From an uncultured cyanobacterium (lineage in GTDB: Bacteria > Cyanobacteriota > Cyanobacteriia > PCC-6307 > Cyanobiaceae), in assembly GCA_963697335.1 (NCBI GenBank), contig CAVONQ010000002.1, positions 64,001-128,000 on the forward strand: a stretch of DNA of 64,000 nucleotides. The letters run 5' to 3'. Shown in pieces: positions 62,056-64,000 of the stretch. Positions within the stretch are counted from its first letter, which is position 1, and every line of letters starts with the position of its first letter. The notes beneath the pieces were generated by a model. The model saw only the letters and a list, made by a program, of their open reading frames with translations. It was not told the DNA's origin and made no database searches. The translations under genes were made by a program, and so were the position numbers.

Positions 62056-63666
62056 CGGGCTGCCCCCGCCGGCGCCAGGGCCTGGAGCAGCAGGCGCCCG
62101 GAGCCATCGAAGCGGGGCTGGCTCACCCCGGGCTGGGCCCAGGCCTTCGGCGACACCAGCCAGAGGGGCACGTAGGGATTGGCGGCAGCCGTGATCCGCT
62201 GAATCCGCTGCAGCAGGGCGCGGCGCTCCTCGCCCTGGCTGCTTTCACTGCGGCGCAGCAGGGGCTGCAGCCCGGGCTGCGGCCCAGAAGCTGCCGCTGG
62301 CGGCGCTGGCCCCCTCAAGGCAGCGGTCGCCCTGCTCCTGGCTGCAGGCCAGCAGGGGGATCAGGTAGTTGTCGGCGTCGGGGAAGTCGCCCATCCAGTC
62401 GAGCAGGATCAGGGTGAAGGCCCCCTCGCCCAGCTGGCGGTAGGCCGTGGTGGATTCCATGCCGCTCACCTCCAGCCGCACGCAGTCGCCCAGATCCTGC
62501 TTGAGCTGGGCCTGCCAGGTGAGGGCGAAGAGGCGGTCACTGGGAATGTTGGAGCGAAAGGTGAGCGGCAGCGGCAGCTGCTTGCCCTCGCAGTAGCCCG
62601 CCTGGCGGTAGAGCGCCCGGGCGCGCTCGGGGTCGTAGCTCACCCAGGCGGTGGGATCGGAGCCCACCAGGCTGGGCGGCACCAGCTCCCGCAGGGGAGC
62701 GCGCAGGCCCAGGGTGACGCGCTCGCTGATGGTGCGGCGATCCAGGCTCAGGGCCAGGGCCTGGCGCAGCGTGGGGTCGTCGAAGGGGGGCTGGTCGCTG
62801 AGCAGGGTGAGGTAGCTGATCTCCAGTGCCGGGCCGCTGCTCTCCTGCAGCTCGCCGCGGCGGGCGCGGCTGCGCAGGGCGGCCTGCTGGTCGATCTCCA
62901 GGCTGGTGGAGAGCAGCACGTCCACCTCTCCGCTGATCAGAGCGCCGAACAGGGCGGTGGAGTTGCTCAGGGAGACCAGGTCAATGCCGTCGTTGGCGGG
63001 CTGCTCACCCCAGTAGTCCGCAAAGGGCTCCAGCCGCTGCTGCTGTTTGCTGAAGAAGGTGAGCCGGTAGGGGCCGGTGCCCACGAAGCGGTCGTTGAGC
63101 AGGCTGTCGCCGTGCTGGCGGTAGGCCGTGGGGGAGATCGGGGTGAGGGCCACGGCGCTGAGCAGCTCCGCCAGGGGGGCGAAGGGCTGGCGCAGCTGCA
63201 ACTCCAGGGTGTGGGAGTCCAGGGCGCGCACGCCGCTCACCCTGTCGCCGAGCAGGTAGCTGAGCTTGCCGATGGCCAGGAACCGCTCCAGGCTGAACAC
63301 CATGGCGGCGGCATTGAACGGGGTGCCGTCGTGGAAGCGCACACCACGGCGCAGGGCAATGGTGGCGGTGCGGCCATCGGCGCTCAGCTGCGGTGGCGCC
63401 AGGGCCAGCCTGGGTTCCAGCTCGCCCGTGGCGCTGACGGCATAGAGCGGGTCGCCCAGGGCGCTCAACAGCTGCATGGCGCCGAAGGTGAAGGCGCCGG
63501 CAGGGTCGACGGTGTCGACGCGATTCCTGCTGGCCACCACGAGGCGCTCGGGCAGGGCCTCGGGGCGGCCTGTCGCCGCGGGTGCCCCGCCCTGCTGGGG
63601 CAGGCAGCCTGTCAGGGCCATGGCCAGGCAGGCCTGCAGCAGAGCGCTGCAGAGCCGATGCGGCAT
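62052..63666 (-). pseudogene. Peptide ABC transporter substrate-binding lipoprotein, frameshifted near 62280 (true lesion or sequencing error)
   Basis: Lipobox LTGC, FHDGTPFNA, GTGPY, W.GDFPDAD. The C-terminus (ERRALLQRIQ...PYVPLW) continues in another frame. Confidence 0.75.
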
Positions 63667-63766
63667 GGGGCGGATCCTTGGGGCCGGCACCTTCAGCGCA
63701 GCGACGGAGCGCTGGCTCCGCTGCAGAGGATTGTGGTCACAAGGGCCGTCGACGGTCGGCGCTCAT

Positions 63767-63979
63767 TCAAGAGCGGTGGGGCCTGGTAGGACGCACCTGT
63801 TGCAGGGAAATTTCAAACACTTCCGAACCGTGGCGGGTCAGGGGCCAGCGCCGCAGCCAACAGCGGTCGTGGTGATCGTCCACGCCGATCACTTGGTAGA
63901 GCTGCTCATCGGAATCAAGCTGAACGCAGTCCCCCTGATGGGGAATGGTGGTGGGCTTGAGGCAGGAGATGGCCGTCAT
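63767..63979 (-). CDS. Small hypothetical protein
   Basis: 70 aa; GDCVQL...YQVIGVDDHHDRCWLRRWPL; beta-rich, SH3-like pattern. Confidence 0.6.
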   Translation of the reverse strand: MTAISCLKPTTIPHQGDCVQLDSDEQLYQVIGVDDHHDRCWLRRWPLTRHGSEVFEISLQQVRPTRPHRS

Positions 63980-64000
63980 AGGGGACGTGACGTCAGGGTC

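Overview
GC-rich, gene-dense chromosomal segment of a picocyanobacterium (Cyanobium/Synechococcus-like, judged from psaF-psaJ, petC-petA, ndhB, vipp1, hli and ctaCDE). It is mostly core genome: rpmH-rnpA-PH-yidC, aroH/sppA, a DMT-GT4-ArnT-like cluster, vipp1, trx, birA, ndhB/topA, cobT, ribE, the aa3 cytochrome oxidase operon with ctaA/ctaB, a stand-alone groEL, fabG, ispD, ubiA-like prenyltransferase, ppx, tRNA-Val(CAC), cobM-lgt-petA-petC, tatC, gmk, psaFJ, tsaD, wecB, ychF and a peptide ABC transporter. I found no transposase, integrase, prophage, CRISPR array or defence system, and nothing I can call a clearly new multi-gene system. The most notable items are: a heavily deleted, frameshifted pilT remnant hidden between hli and wecB; a frameshifted peptide-binding protein; a Helicobacter/apicomplexan-type malate:quinone oxidoreductase beside the tRNA with a 25-bp tandem duplication upstream; a Met/His repeat inserted in CtaC; and a divergent PsaJ. 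All calls come from reading motifs by eye, with no database searches, and some start codons are estimates.
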